Numbered from the stretch's first letter, positions 24,837-38,890 are shown. The stretch is 64,000 nucleotides of DNA from Camelus ferus (GCF_009834535.1 NC_045696.1:12898001-12962000), one strand, 5' to 3'. The notes: generated from the letters alone by a model not told the origin. Program-made: numbers and translations.

Positions 24837-25325
24837 TGTATTAGGGCTCTCCAGAGAAACAGAATCAACAGTATAAGTAGAAATATACTCACGCAGTTAT
24901 GAAGGCAGGCAAGTTCCAAGATTTTCAGGGTGGGTTTGTAAGCTGGAGACTCAGGAGAGTTGATAGTGTAAATTCCAGCCTGAGTCTGAAAGTCTGAGAA
25001 CCAGGAGAGCCAGTAGTGTAGCTCCTGTTCCAGGAAGCACAACTGGGACCTAGGAGGAGCTAATGCCCCATTTTGATGACTTTCAGGCAGAAAGAATCAC
25101 TCTTATGTGGGGGAGGGTCAGCCTTTTTGTTCTAGTCAAGCCTTCAGGGCACTGTGAGGCCCACCCACATCAGAGAGGGCAATCTGCTTTACTCAGTGGA
25201 TTGATTTCAATGTTACTCTCATCCCACCCCCTGCCCCCACCCCAGAAGCACCCAGAATAATGTTTGACCAAATATCTGGGCACCCTGTGGCCCAGTCAAC
25301 TTGACACATAACATTAACCATCATA
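24837..25325 (-). mobile_element. MLT2 (ERVL) solo LTR
   Basis: tgtattagggctctccagagaaacagaa...cacccagaataatgtttgaccaaatatctgggcaccctgtggcccagtcaacttgacacataacattaaccatca. Confidence 0.88.
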
Positions 25326-25558
25326 AATACCCTGTCTTCACAAACTCTGTATAGTACTTCAAAGTCCTGTCTTCACACTTAGTGCAGAAAGCTAGCTCAT
25401 CCTATTTGGCCATAACTGAAGATTTGATTAGAACAGGGCACATTAGAAAATTAGAAGGTACATTCTTACATTAACAGTTTACTGAGAACTTGCTTTGTGC
25501 TACAAGCAGGGGCTGTGAAAATGACTAAGAACAGCTGATTAATCCAAAAGACATCGTT

Positions 25559-25662
25559 TGGGGAAGGGTATAGCTCAGTGGTAGAGACCATGCTTAGCAT
25601 GCACGAGGTCCTGGGTTCAATCCCCAGTACCTCCATTCAAAAAATAAATAAATAAAATAAAG
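25559..25662 (+). mobile_element. Vic-1-like SINE with near-intact tRNA-Ala(AGC)-like head (pseudo-tRNA)
   Basis: gggtatagctcagtggtagag..catgcttagcatgcacgaggtcctgggttcaatccccagtacctcca followed by an (AAAT)n tail. A box 25571-25581, B box 25614-25624, AGC at 25596-25598. Confidence 0.9.
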
Positions 25663-26889
25663 CAAATATCCCTTTCCTAAGATTCAAACATAGCGCAGCA
25701 GAATTTCAATATTAAAAAAAAATAAAGGATGTTAAGAAGCAGCTTGATTTAAGTGGGTTTCACTGGAGAACTTCCTTTCTTCACTTTTTATTCCTCTCAC
25801 CAGAGATACGACTTTCTCTTCTCTAGTGATTGCAATTTTTTTAAGAGTTGGAACACTATAAATGTCTCACCGCTGCTGTGCAGAATAGGGTTGGGTTATG
25901 CAGGAAATAGAGAATGTGGGGTGAGGGGAATCACCCAAAGAGGGCTAGAAAGTAGCTCTGGTTAGAGGCTCAGACTCTGTGGGGGAACAAGGGTTGGAAG
26001 GAGTACACAGAGGGAATAATAAGAAAGAAACTTGGATGGAGCAGAGACAGCGAGACTGAAAGGAAGGTGAGGTGAGCCAGGACATTTGGTTGTTTTCAGC
26101 TCTATGTACTTGTCAAGAAGATGCTTAGATCACGAGGAGAAAAGAAACCAGCCTGGAGGTGATGTGGTAAGAGAGGAAGAAGAGCTGTCATTGCTGACTT
26201 CCTTGAGAAAACCTGTTAAGAAAAAGCTTAAAGCCTCGAAAGACAGTGGCGCCTACGGGTCAGAACAAGCTTGAACAAGAAGAAGATTTGATTAATTCAG
26301 TAAACATTGATGCCAGGTTCTCCCTAACTATAAGCATTTGTTTATGCTGCCCTCTCTGCCTGGAATGCCTTTGCTCTCTGCCAGCCACTGGTTGACTCCT
26401 AATAATGACTAGGTCTCTTCCTTTCTGCTGTTTCCTCTTGGACCCCTGGAGACTGGCTTTGATGCCTTTCCTCTGTGTTCTTACCCTATTTTAGAACTTA
26501 CACAGATTGAAATTGCCTCCTGACATGCCTGTTTTCCTGAAGGAACTGGGAGCTCCTTAATGCATGGTTGTGTCTTATTTAAAGTTGTAGCTCCAGAATA
26601 TACTTCAATGTTTGGCACCTGGTAAGAACTCGATGGATCTTTGATAACTGAAAGAAGGAAGGAAAGAATGAACAAGGACCTCATTCCTGTTATCTCAGTG
26701 ACATTTAAGACACTGGTGGTAGAGCACCAGGAAGAGTGAGGTAGGAGTGGTGGTGAAACAAAGGAATTGGACGTGGTTCCTGGCCTCAAAGAGCCTACAG
26801 CCTGGATAACACCTGTGACTCATGGTGTAATACAAGGCAAGTGACATAATACAGTACTCCAGCACAGGACAGGAGAGGCATTCAATTTA

Positions 26890-27052
26890 ATAGATAAATA
26901 TATGGAGTGCCCAATTAAATTTGAATCCTAGATAAACTACAAATAGCACATACATGTCTCATGGAATATTTGGGACATTCTAGTACTACAAGTTATTAAT
27001 CATTTATGAAAATTAAGATTGGATAAGACCTCTTGTATTTTATCAACCCTTA
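26890..27052. mobile_element. Second, more degraded MER53 within L2 remnants (~26330-27330)
   Basis: gtgcccaattaaatttgaat..agataaac...gaatatttgggacat...ttgtattttatcaaccct. Confidence 0.72.
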
Positions 27053-30000
27053 AAGAGAGGAACATGGCCTACAAGGGATTATTTTTGGTTTTTTGGGGGG
27101 GGGGCAGCATAAGGGAGATATCAGAGAAAGGGAGATAATTCAGAAAAGATTTTTCTAGAAAAGATGGGAAGTGAGTTGAGTTGCAAAGGTGCAAGCCAAA
27201 ACGTGCGGAAGTGCAGCTCAGGTAGGTGGCATCTCAGGGGAAAAGGCAGTGGCATGTTCAGAGACTGGCTGGAATCTGGTTTGGCCAGTATGAGAAGGTG
27301 TGAGCTGGGTGGTGAGAAAGCCAGCCAGATGGCTGAGTAGGGCTGAGTGACTCCACACGTGTCAAAGTCTCACTCTTCTGAGCACCCCTGCCCCCTTCAC
27401 CTCGGCCAGACTTTGTGAACGGACAGGATAGAACTTTCTGCCTGGGTGAAAGTTTCATCCTTACCCAGCTGAGCAGGGTTGGGCGTTAGCCTCTCCCTGT
27501 TAATAATGAAGAAGAAACACCAGGAACATTTTGCAAGGGTCATGAATTGCTCAACCATTTGCATTTTTTTTTCAAACACCAGTGTCAAAACAACATCTCG
27601 AGTGAAGATGAGGAAAAAGTGAACACTAATGATGACTTATCAAAACAAGAGGGATGGCGTGGGAAATGCAACTTTAACGGCATTTGTAATTTTTTTCCAC
27701 TTTTTAAATTACAACATCCATTTGGCATTGTATAGTAAGTAAACATGGTAAATATATGAAGCTATATGACAAATATATAATGAAACAGACAAAAATAACT
27801 TATTTCTGATGCAGAAAAGAGATAGAAATACTTCTATAATCTTACTGAGCAGTTACTGTTCTCCAGGTAACAACATATGTAATTTCCTTTAATCTTGACA
27901 ATACTATAATACTATTGTATATATAAGTATATACAGCAATACTGTAACAATTGCTACATGCATCTTGCTGAGGTTCATAATGTTTATTTGCTCATCTATG
28001 ATCACTGGGCTAGCAATTAGATATTTTGGAATATTTGACTCCAACATCTATATTGTTTCCATTACATCATACTTTGTAGACAGAGACCCATGTGTGAATA
28101 ACAAGTACTGAGCACTATGACACATATGCTGTGGGAGCAGAAACTGGGGGGCATCTACCTCTGTCTTGTGGACATCAAGGATTACTTTGCAGGGGAAGTG
28201 ATCTTGAGCAGTGATTGACAAAATTCTCTTACCTTCTAATAAAATTAATAGCATGATGCATGAAGAATACTCACAAGTAAAAGAAGTATTAATAATTTTA
28301 AAACCAGATATTGCAGGTCATTCTAAAAAGCTCTCATGAGGTTTCTGTAATCTGTTATTAAGTGTTCCACATTGATGACACACACTTAAATTCTCATACT
28401 TGCTTCCTTTTTCTGTTAAACGCCCACTAATAACATTCGTCATAGTCATTAAATGGTCATTATTTATAATCTTCAGCTACTTATATGATTATAGTCTGGT
28501 ACCACTTTTGTTAGAAACACTACACATTCACATAGAAATATGTTTTAAATGTCTTTATAATTCTATAACCTCTGTGAAGAGTTATATAGTGGGGTTGAGT
28601 AAATTCCTCCCACATAATTATTCCAATTATATAAAATGTTACTTACATAACTAGACTGGTGTTATAGTTGTAAAATATTCAATTCTGTAATTATGTAAGG
28701 TTGGAATAAGTAAAAAGAAAGGTCTGAAGTTTTAGCAACATATTCCCTAGAGAAAAGCTGGATAGTTCTATTACTATATTCAAAAAAATACAACTATCAT
28801 AATAAGATATGAAAACAAAATGTTTTTCAATGTCTTGTGATCTCAAAGGACATTAATTAAATTTTAATTTGAAACATCAAAGAGTGTTAGTCTTGAATAT
28901 GCTCTAGTGAGATGGGCTAATTTTGCTGTCCTCTTTTAACTTAAATCTGGCTTCCAAAACCTCTCTCCAGGATATCCTTTAGACAGATCTTAACTCCTTT
29001 TGGTTAAACAATTTGTATGTTACCTTAGAAGCTTTGCAAGTTTTTTTTTCGTGTGTGTGTATAGAAAAAACTATTGAAAAATGCCCAGAGCACAGCCCTT
29101 AGTAACCTTAGACACCTAAGTTTGACTGATTTTTCTCACAATGACTGTTCAGAAACCACAAGAAGAAGGTAATTTCTGGCCTCGGCTAGAAAATTTGCAA
29201 GGAAGTTACCTTATTTGAATTTCAGATGTGTTCCTCAGGGAGTCTTATAAATTTGAAGCTTATACTTATTAAAAGATAAATTTTCAGTGAGGATACAATG
29301 ATGACTTTCATACAATATAAAATGAACTTGTATCAAATATTTTACTTAGGAATGAATGGCAGACCAACAGATCCTGCAACCAGTTCAAAAGCGAAGCACA
29401 CATTTATAGCCAAAGAATGTGAAATGGATTTACAAATAGATGCAAAACTGGTCAAACTGGTCAATATCCACAGGAAAGCAATTTGCATTTTTATGGACAG
29501 GAGTTATTTGCGTTGCCATCAGTTTTCTCCAAGTTCACTTCTATACCTAAAAGGTTGTGAAATAGTCTGGTCAGAGGCAAAGGCCTAGATGACCCGGACG
29601 GATGAGCTAGACAGGATGCTTAGTACATTTCAAAATCTTTCACATATTTTTCTCATGTATTTTTTTCCTTTAAAGGGTGTTTTTAGTGCATCTGACATCT
29701 TTGTATTTATAAATAATTCAAGATTCAGAAATTGGCTAGTGAATAAAATTAATTGCTGGGGGTCAAAGTTTCACATCCAGGAATGTGGCACTGAAAGTCA
29801 TTTTGGATAACAACATAAAAATTGAGGATTCTTTTGAGGGTCTTGTATTAACGAATTACACTTTGAAATACAAATTGAAATATCATTCTGTTTTCTGTAC
29901 AAGGCCCATGAAATGCAATATAAGCATTCTGAATGATTTGGATCAGTTACCCAGCTACCCCAATCTCCCTGTCACTCACAGATCCACCTCCATAATAATA

Positions 30001-31414
30001 ACAACAAATAAGACCAAATAATACTAAAAACTGTGACAACCAAGTCTTACCAACCCCTTAACGTGTGCCAGTGTGTTTTATCTGTGTTTTTTAGGTGTTT
30101 TACCTATAACTTTCAAAAATTGATTTTTATAACACCACATGCAGTGGGTATAATTATGCCTGTTTTATAGAATAACAATGTGTGCCTTTGTCACTCTAAG
30201 TCCCCTTTTTAATAAAGAAGAACAAATTTTAAACAAAGGTGTTTCAATGAATGAACTGAATTAGAGTATTTCAAAAGTAGCCTGGTTCAGCAAACTAAGC
30301 AGCAATCCTTTTCCAGCTCTGGCTTCCTCACCAACTTGCCTTCTTTCTCCTCAGGTTTAAGTAATGGGTAGTGTTAGGGAACTGCTGATGTTTAATCTCT
30401 GGGCAATGTTCTGAGAACACTCTCAATGCATAAAAACCTCAATTATTCTTTTTCTTTATGAGTAGAGAGAGCTGGAAAGGGCTTGAGAGCTTCACTTTAA
30501 TAGATTTAGAGACTGGAACTGTTGACTTCTCGTCATCCAGAGAGACAGCATCTGAAAGTCATGCAATGAAATTACAAAACAAACATCATTTGGGGAACTG
30601 AGATACGATCTGGATGACCCACGTCAGAAAGCTAATTTATGTTCACACTTATCCTCTCTTCTTGGCACTCCTCTGTCTCCTTTCTTCTTCTTTGTCTCTT
30701 TTCTCTCTATTGGCTTTGTATGCTTCAAGAGTCATTTAGTACCTGACTACACAAAGAAAGAAATATGCTATGTTTGACTTTCTTTTTTTGCCTACTCTAG
30801 GGAACTAATTTTAGTGTCTGTTATGTTTATTTTACAGATGACTCTTCTTGTCTCATAAACTCTGACTTGCTCTGTGTTTTAATGTCCCTGCTTTGCATCG
30901 TGGCAAAAAGGAAACCAAAAAAACAGTCACTATACGAAGGGCACCCTCTAAAAAAAGATGGCTTCCCCCAACCCTGACTGAGCTTTCTACACCCCACCGA
31001 TGGAAAGGGCTAGAATAAGGAAGTAGCATGAGTCATTACTATTGCCACACCCTCAGGAAAACCCCTGCTCCCTCTTCCTCTTGTGCTGTGTCTACCCTAG
31101 GTCCTGGGTCACAGGCGGTAAGTTTTCAGAACATATATTCAGGAGTTTTCTGTAGGAACGTAGCATCGATTTATAAAAGGAAGGACAGATGCAAAAAATC
31201 TTTGAAGAAAAGAAGAATGTATCTGATCCAAACTGATTGTTTGGAAGTGGGAATGTAGTTTCTGTTTCTTGCATATCCTCTAAGATTGTTAAGAGGACTC
31301 CTAGACTAGCCACCCAAGCATACCCTACGGCCAAGTGGCTGAAGTTTAGGTAGTGCTGTTTCTGTGGAGAAGATACATTCAGCTTTCCAGTTGGGTTAAC
31401 AGGAATGTGTTCAA

Positions 31415-32498
31415 TGAAATAAAAAGGAAACCTCTGGAATAGGAGAAAATATTTGCAAACCATACATCTAATAAGAATTAATAGCCAAAATATCTAAGAA
31501 ACTCATACAACTCAAAAGCCAAAAAAAAAAAAATCTGATTAAAAAATGGATAGAGGAACTGAATAGACATTTTCCCAAAGAAGACATACAAATGGCCAAC
31601 AGGTACACAAAAGGATGCTCAACATCACTAATCATCAGGGAAACACCTCAAAACCACAATGAGGTATCACTTCACACATGTTAGAACAGCTATTATCAAA
31701 AGACACGTAATGACAAGTATTGGCAAGGATGTGGAGAAAAGAGAACCACTCTGCACTGTGAGAGGGAATGTAAATTGGTATAGCTACTAAGGAAAACAGT
31801 ATGGAAGTTCCTTAAGAAATTAAAAATAGGATTACCATATGATCCATCTATCACACTTCTGGATATGCAGCCAAAGGAAATGAAATCAGTATCTTAAAGG
31901 GATATCTTGCACTCCCATGTTTATTACAGGATTATTCATAATAGCCAAAATATGGAAACAACTTAAGTGTTTGTCTACAAATTATTGGATAAAGAAGCTG
32001 TGATTATATATATATATATGTATATTATGTATGTATATAATTCAGCCATAAGAAGGGGGGAAATCTGCCATTTGTGACAACATGGATGGATTTTGAGATA
32101 CTGTATGATCTCATTTATATGTGGAATCAAAATATTCAAACACATAAGGGTTGCTGTCAGGTGGTTGTCAGGAGCAGGGTGCGGGGGACATGGGGAAATG
32201 CTGGTCAAAGAGCACAAACTTTCAGTTATAAGATGAATAAGTTCTAGGGAATCTAATGTATAGCTTGGTGATTATAGTTAACAGTACCATATTATATGCT
32301 TGTAAGTTGCTAAGAGAGTATATCTTAAATGTTCTCATCACAGAAAAGAAGTGGAAATTACATGAGGTGGTGGAGGTGTTAACTAAACCTAGTGTGGTGA
32401 TCATTTCACAACACATAAGTGTATCAAATTATGACATCATACACCTTAAACTTAAACAATTCTATATGTTAATTATGTTTCAATAAAGCTGGAAAAAA
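31415..32498 (+). mobile_element. L1 (L1MA9-like) ORF2 3' remnant + 3'UTR
   Basis: ggagaaaatatttgcaaaccatacatct...atagacattttcccaaagaagacatacaaatggccaacagg...; ends caataaagctggaaaaaa. Confidence 0.88.
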
Positions 32499-34130
32499 TG
32501 AGGTGTACAATTCAGCGATTTTCAGTATATTCACAGAGTTGGGTAAATATAACCACTGTTTAATTTCAAAATGTTTTTATTACCTGCCAAAGAAACCCTG
32601 TACTTATTAGTGGTCACTCCTCCCTTTCCAGCCTCTGGCATGCACTAATCTACTTTCTGTTTCCATTGATTTGCGTATTCTGGACTTTTCATATAAATGG
32701 AATCATACAATATGTGGCCTTATGGATCTGTTTTTTTCACTTAGAAAAATATTTTTAAGTTTCATCCATGTTACAGCATTTATCAGTACTTCATTTTGAT
32801 GCCTGAATAATATTCCAAAACATGGATATACCACATTTTGTTTATCTATTTAACAGTTGATGAACATTGGAGTTGTTCCTACTTTTTAGCTATTATGAAA
32901 ATGCTGTCATGGATATGAATTTATACAATTTGGAGGCAGCATATGTTTTTAATTCTTTTGGACAGGCGTAGGAATTGGTATATACGTAGGAATTACTGAG
33001 TCAACTCTTTGTGTTTAACTTATTGAGGAAATGCCAAACTGCTTTCCAATATGGCTACATCATTTTACTCTCTCTCCAGCGATGTCTAAGGCTTCCAGCA
33101 TTCCCACATCCTTCCCAATTGTTCTTATTGGTCTTTTTGATTGTAATCTTCTAGTAGGTATGATGTGGTATCATTCTGTGATTTTTATTTGCATTTCTCT
33201 AATGACTAATGGTTAGTATCTTTTTATGAGTATTTTTTACAAGGAGGAAATTCTTCCTCCTTTCTTAATTGAGTTCTTTTTATTGTTGAGTTGTAAGAGT
33301 TTTTTTTTTTTTAATATATTCTAGATACAAATCCCTTATCAGATATCTAATTTGTAAATATTTTCTCCAATTCTGTGATTTGTCTTTTCATTTTCTTCAT
33401 TGTTTTAAACCACAAAAAAGTTTTACTTTATATGAAACTAAATTAATCTATTTTTTTCTTTTGTTGCTTGTGCTTTTAGTGTCATATTTAAAAAAACCAT
33501 TGGCTAACTCAATGTCATGGTCAATTTTGAGGTAATTTTTATATGTGGTTTTATGTAGGGGTTCAATTTTATTCTTTTGCATCCAGTTGTTTCAGCACCA
33601 TTTGTTGAAAGGATTATTTATTCTTTGAATTGTCTTGTTATCCGTGCCAAAAATCAGTTGACCATCAATGTAAGGGTTTACTTCTGAACTCAGTTATGTT
33701 CGATTGATCTATGTCTATCCTTGTGCTGGTTCCACACTGTCTAAATTACTGCAGCTTTGCAATAAGTTTTAAAACTGGGAAGTCTAAATCTTACACCTTT
33801 TTTCATTTTTTTCAAGATCATTTTATATATTTTGATTCCAATGAATTTCTATGTAAATTGTAGGACCAGCTTGTCAATTTCTGCAAAAAAAGGCAGCTGG
33901 AATTTTGATAGGAATTGAGTTGAATTTATAGATCAATTTGTAGAATATTGCCATTGTAATGATAGTGTCTTCTGATCCATTAATATAGGATATCTTTGCA
34001 TTTTCTTAGATATTAATTTCTTTCAGTGATTTCAGTACAAGTCTTATATTTTAAAAAATTACTTCTTTTTTTTTATGCTCTTTAAAATGGAATTGTCTTC
34101 TTGATTGTATTTTTGAATTATTATACTTCA
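32499..34130 (-). mobile_element. L1MB-like fragment (3'UTR and ORF2 antisense), tail-to-tail with the preceding L1
   Basis: gtgtacaattcagcgattttcagtatattcacagagttg...atccagttgtttcagcaccatttgttgaaag...ggaattttgataggaattgagttgaatttatagatc. Confidence 0.85.
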
Positions 34131-35350
34131 CTTTAATTTTTTAGACACGGTTTCTTTTAGTTCATTAGATGATTTAAAAGTCTTTAGTTAATAAATCCAA
34201 AGTCTTGACTTTGTTGGAGAGAATTAACTGATTATTTTCTTTTGCATGGGCTATATATTCCTATTTCTTTTTTGTGTGTCTCATATTTTTTGCTGTTGAA
34301 AACTGGATATTCAAATTTATATATTGTGGTGGCTCTGAAAATTAGACATTCTCTTCTCCCCAATATTTGTTGTTGCTGGGTTTTGTTTTTGTTATTATTG
34401 TTGCTGTTTGTTTATTCATTTGTTTGTAACTTTTCTGGACTAATTCTATAAAGTCTGGCTTCTTTGTTATGTGTGGCCAGTGAAGTCTCTGCCTGGTTAG
34501 CTTAAAGTCAACTAATGGCTAAACAGAGATTTCCATAAATGTTCTGATTGGACATCTCAGCCTTTGCTGATTGGCTCTATGTGTGTGTTGGGGTATATCT
34601 TCAATGATCCTGCAAGCAGTTGACAACTCTGCCTTAGCCTTTACTTTCTCCTCGCGCAGACCGTCAAGGCAAGTTAGCAATGAGAGGTTAGGACCTTCTT
34701 AGGTATTTCCTGTGCAAGCACACAGCTCCATACAGGGTCTTCTAGATTTCTAAGAATATGTGTGAGCTTTTCAAAGTCTTTTATGGACCTCTTATTCGCC
34801 AGTTGTTCTTTTTAAGTGTTTTGGTTAGTCCCACCTGGTAACATCATCTCAGGCAGCTGCAATATTAAGCAATTGTCACTGATTTTTTTTTTTTCCAGCA
34901 AATTCCCTAGAGTTGGGGCTGTTGGCACAGAGCATGTTCTGAGTCAGGTTACATAAAGATAAGCCCTGAGAATGGGGATTTTCAATGAGCTGCCGCACTG
35001 GTCAAATCTTAACAATTACGGGGCTTTGGGGAAGTTCCAAATCCATTCTGCCCCGTCCAAGGGCTGCTAGGCTGCTAGTTTGCACAACTACCACAGTTGT
35101 GAGGTCTTTTGTTTTCAAGGTTACCATGGAGATGGGAAAGGAAGATGGGATTAGGTCAAGTTACACTGCCACAAAACAGCTAGCTGTTCTTACCAAAATT
35201 CAGCGATTTTTCTTGATAAACACTTCTTGGAATTTTTCAACCCTTCAGTTAATTTCCAGACTTTGGAAAAAGTTGATTTGGACAATTTTTAGCACAGCTT
35301 TTATTGCTTTTATGAAGGAGCAAATTTTTGAAGATCCTTAATCTGTCATT
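34130..35350 (-). mobile_element. Ancient L1 internal/5' region remnant
   Basis: Degenerate L1M-like motifs (gttgacaactctgccttagccttt..., gaaaaagttgatttggacaattttt); family assignment tentative. Confidence 0.5.
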
Positions 35351-35522
35351 TAAGAAGCACTTTCCTTTCTTTTAGGATGTTAAAAGATAATTTAAAAAAT
35401 GTAAAATTGTGATACACAAATCATATGACTACTAAATGAACACACGCTAAGGATTTTATTTAACCCATTACTTACTGTGGGACCCAGTGCAATATTACAA
35501 ATTCAAGAGAGAATTAAAAGAA

Positions 35523-35548
35523 ACACACACACACACCCACACACACAC
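35523..35548. repeat. (CA)n microsatellite, interrupted
   Basis: Seen directly. Confidence 0.9.
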
Positions 35549-36699
35549 GGGCAATTGAGAATGCTGAAATAGTTTTACAAATAGATGCATATCTGGTTAA
35601 TGCTTATAACCCAATGATCAATTTTATTTCACAGGGCTCAATTCACTTGTATTTCTACAGACAGGAATCATTTGTATTATTATCAATGTTCTACAACTTT
35701 CAGAGTCATAAAATAGCTGAAAGACAGTAAAAGTCAAAGATACACTAGAAGGGTAGATAGACAGGATGCCCCTTAATTTTTTTGCCCACATCAGTCTTTT
35801 ACAATTTTTCCTGATGTAGGAACAGAGAGTGGATGGTGTAGGGAGGAGCTGCAGCATGATTGGAAAACCTCTGTTTAACCCACGTCACTGGGTTGGGCAT
35901 TTCTCGTCTTAATTACTATGAGCTGCTCTATTTCTGTTTGGTACACAGAAGACTGGTCTGTCCTGTTTGTCGCTGGCATTTTCTAGCAGGTTAAACTATG
36001 CTGTACCATGTGGTAACCTCTTAGTTCTGTAACATGTCTTCCATACATTCTCCCATGACGCGCTTTCCAGTGTTTTCTACGGTAGCCTCTCTCTGCACAA
36101 CCCCCTCTGATTAACCGCAAAGGCTGCACTGATTGGTGCAAAGGTGATCATTACTTCTTCCCTGATGCCTTGACTGTCTTTGAAAACTCTCCTATCAGTG
36201 ACTTTCACTTAAGTATAGGTCACCACTTGCACTGAGCAAAGTAGTTACCTATGAACTTAAGAACCAGTGAGACCTCAGAACTTGTATTCAGAACCTCACT
36301 TTTCACAGTATAGGAAAACTACTCCAGGAAGTATTAATAGGTTTACTATGAAGAAAGCATTATGCGTGATCAATTCTCTTTCTTGAAGATTCATAATGTA
36401 CATTTGTGTTAAAGGTGCTGAAAGCCTTGTAGTAAAGGAACTTATCCAACTATGTTTAACTCAACATTTTTCAGACTTCTTTGAGCATGGACCATTTTTA
36501 TTGCTGACATACCTAATTTCATCCAGTTTGGGAAAAGCAAATGTAGAAGATTTGAGGTGATGTATAAGACCATATATTTACAGATCCTCTTTCATTCTTT
36601 AAGGATCAAATAAAGTAAAATATATGAGGGCTGGTCTTAGACAAGAAAGCTTCAATATAAATGTGAGTTATTTAGTCATCATGGTAGTTGAATCTATCA

Positions 36700-36852
36700 C
36701 AGCTTTGTTACTCAAAATGTGCCCTATGGAAGCAAAGCATCAGATTACCCGGGAGTCTGCAGAATCTCAGGTCCTAATCCAGACTTATTTTATCAAAAGC
36801 TGTGTTTTGGCAAGATGTCTTTCTGATGCTCTCTAAAGTCTGAAAAGCACTG
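36700..36852. mobile_element. MER5A-like hAT fossil
   Basis: tactcaaaatgtg...gcatcagattacccgggag..tgcagaatctcaggtcc...taaagtctgaaaagcactg. Confidence 0.6.
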
Positions 36853-38696
36853 ATGAAAGAACTTTGCATTCTTATACTTCCTGACAGAGGTTAGCTCAGT
36901 CTTTTCACCTCCTTCTCTCATTGTCTATTCATTTAGAACTCATTTAAATGCTTCCCTTCCGTTCCTGGAAATTCAGAACGTTTACCGCTGATTTCAATCC
37001 AAACCTTTGGTACTCTTTCTTTTCCCTGAATTCTAATATCATTGATGATTTATTTTTTAGAGAACTCTTGCTGGGCCTGGGACAATTCTAAGGGGACCAT
37101 AGTAAACTTAAAAAAATTAATAACATTCCCTAAACTGTTGAACATCGTCAATTAGTTTTCCAAAGGCTGTCTTAAGTCTTCCTTTAATTTTAAGAAAGGG
37201 TGGAGGGGGTGTGTATGAATGATCCTTTTTATTTAAAAAAGTTTCCTAAGAATTAAAAAAATTTGCATATATGAAAAATAATATTCTTTATCACAATAAT
37301 TTATTTTCAGAAGTCTGGCACAAGAACCATATAGTGGTAGCCACAGAAAATATCACACAAGCACGTATGCAGAATTCTCTAGCAGAATTGTTTCCCTATG
37401 AGCTTCAGTGCCCCAGGATGAGGTTGAGGTGTTGTTCTGTGTTGGCGGCCAGATTGCCTATAAAGAAGATATGTCTTTTCAGTCTCCCTATAATCCACTG
37501 AAATTTTAAAAACATAATAATAATCAGGATCTATGAGTTAAACATAGGTTTTTCCCACTCTAGGCAGTTAAATAATATTCTGGCTAAACATTAGATAAAA
37601 TTTCTGAAATCTGAACATGCCTTCACTAGACGATGAATATGGTCTTTGATGACCTAATCCTCCAAGTTTTTCCAGAGGAAGCAGTTAGAGAAAAATTTAA
37701 ATTCTGGCAAAGATTTCTTCAGCTTTTTCTTTGGTAGAGAAGAGCTATATAATGAACTCTAAAATTCTCAAAACTCATAATTTTTCTTATTCCAAGCAAA
37801 TAAAAAAGTCTCTAGTTTTATCAGCTTCTAAGATGACAGAATTCCAAAAGTGTTTCTGAAACTTCTCTCTTCTTTAATATTCGCACAGATATCTGTCCAC
37901 ATCAGCAAATAATGTAGCCTTAACATATTAAAAATGTATCATGTAAAAAAGGAAGTGAAATTTATAAATACGGGAAAAGAATATGATACAAAGAAGTGCA
38001 TTGTACATGCTTAGTAGAAAAACCACGAAAACGTCTGAGAAAAAGCTAAAAGTGTGAGGTCACTAACTCAACATTTTAAATCCCTCAGTGCCGAATTTTT
38101 ATGGTTTGCAAGCAATCTGAAAGGCATTCAAGCTTCTAGGAAAAAGTTTTGCAGCGTTGGATTTCTGCCCGTCTTTTGGCCCAAGAAAGGCTGTTTAAAA
38201 ATAGAGTTATCAAGGGAACTTCGCCTGTCTCTAAAATGAGGAATAATTTTATGTTCTTACAAGCTCCTGAGATCACATACCTTCATACTTTACAAAAGCT
38301 CAAATTCACTGAGGATTAAATGATTAAGAATCTAGTCATGCATAGAAAACAGGACTTGTTTTCTAAGTGTCAAAAATGATTGGCTCTGAAACTCTAAAAT
38401 AACATTGTCCAATAGAACTTTCTGTAATGATGAAAATATTCTATATCTACACAGTCCAATATGGTAGCCACTAGCCACATGTGGCTATTAACACTTGACA
38501 CATGACCAGTGTAACTGAGAAACTATTTAATTTTTTAAAAATTTCTTCCTTTAAATTGAAATATAATCAACATATAACATTGTACTAGTTTTAGGTGTAC
38601 AACATAATGATTTGATATATGTACATATTGTGAAATGATTACCACAATACATTTAGTTAGCTTCCATCACCACATAGTCACAATTTTTTTCTTTTT

Positions 38697-38850
38697 TCAA
38701 ATTCTAATTTTTTTTTGAGGGGGGGAAGGAGGTAATTAGGTATTTACTTATTTATTTATTTGTTTATTTCTAGAGGAGGTACTGGGGATTGAACCCAGGA
38801 CCTCAAGCATGCTAAGCATGCGCTCTACCACTTGAGCTATATCTTCCTCC
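38697..38850 (-). mobile_element. Vic-1-like SINE (full length)
   Basis: ggaggtaattagg...gaggaggtactggggattgaacccaggacctc..catgctaagcatgcgctctaccacttgagctata; TSD caatttttttt(t)ctttt at 38681 and 38851. Confidence 0.92.
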
Positions 38851-38890
38851 CAATTTTTTTTCTTTTGATGAGAACTTTAAGATCTACCTC

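Noticed and set aside
25564..25635. Functional tRNA-Ala gene
   Set aside because: Mismatched acceptor and anticodon stems, an A-rich tail and eight sibling copies mark it as a SINE.
25663..25730. Possible 3' transduction after the plus-strand SINE (unique ~50 nt followed by a second A run)
   Set aside because: The TSD cannot be placed confidently. A degenerate match directly after the first A tail fits equally well.
26086..26274. Charged, protein-like short ORF (similarly 27547-27735)
   Set aside because: Purine-rich composition explains it; no recognisable homology, poly(A) tail or TSD to suggest a processed pseudogene.
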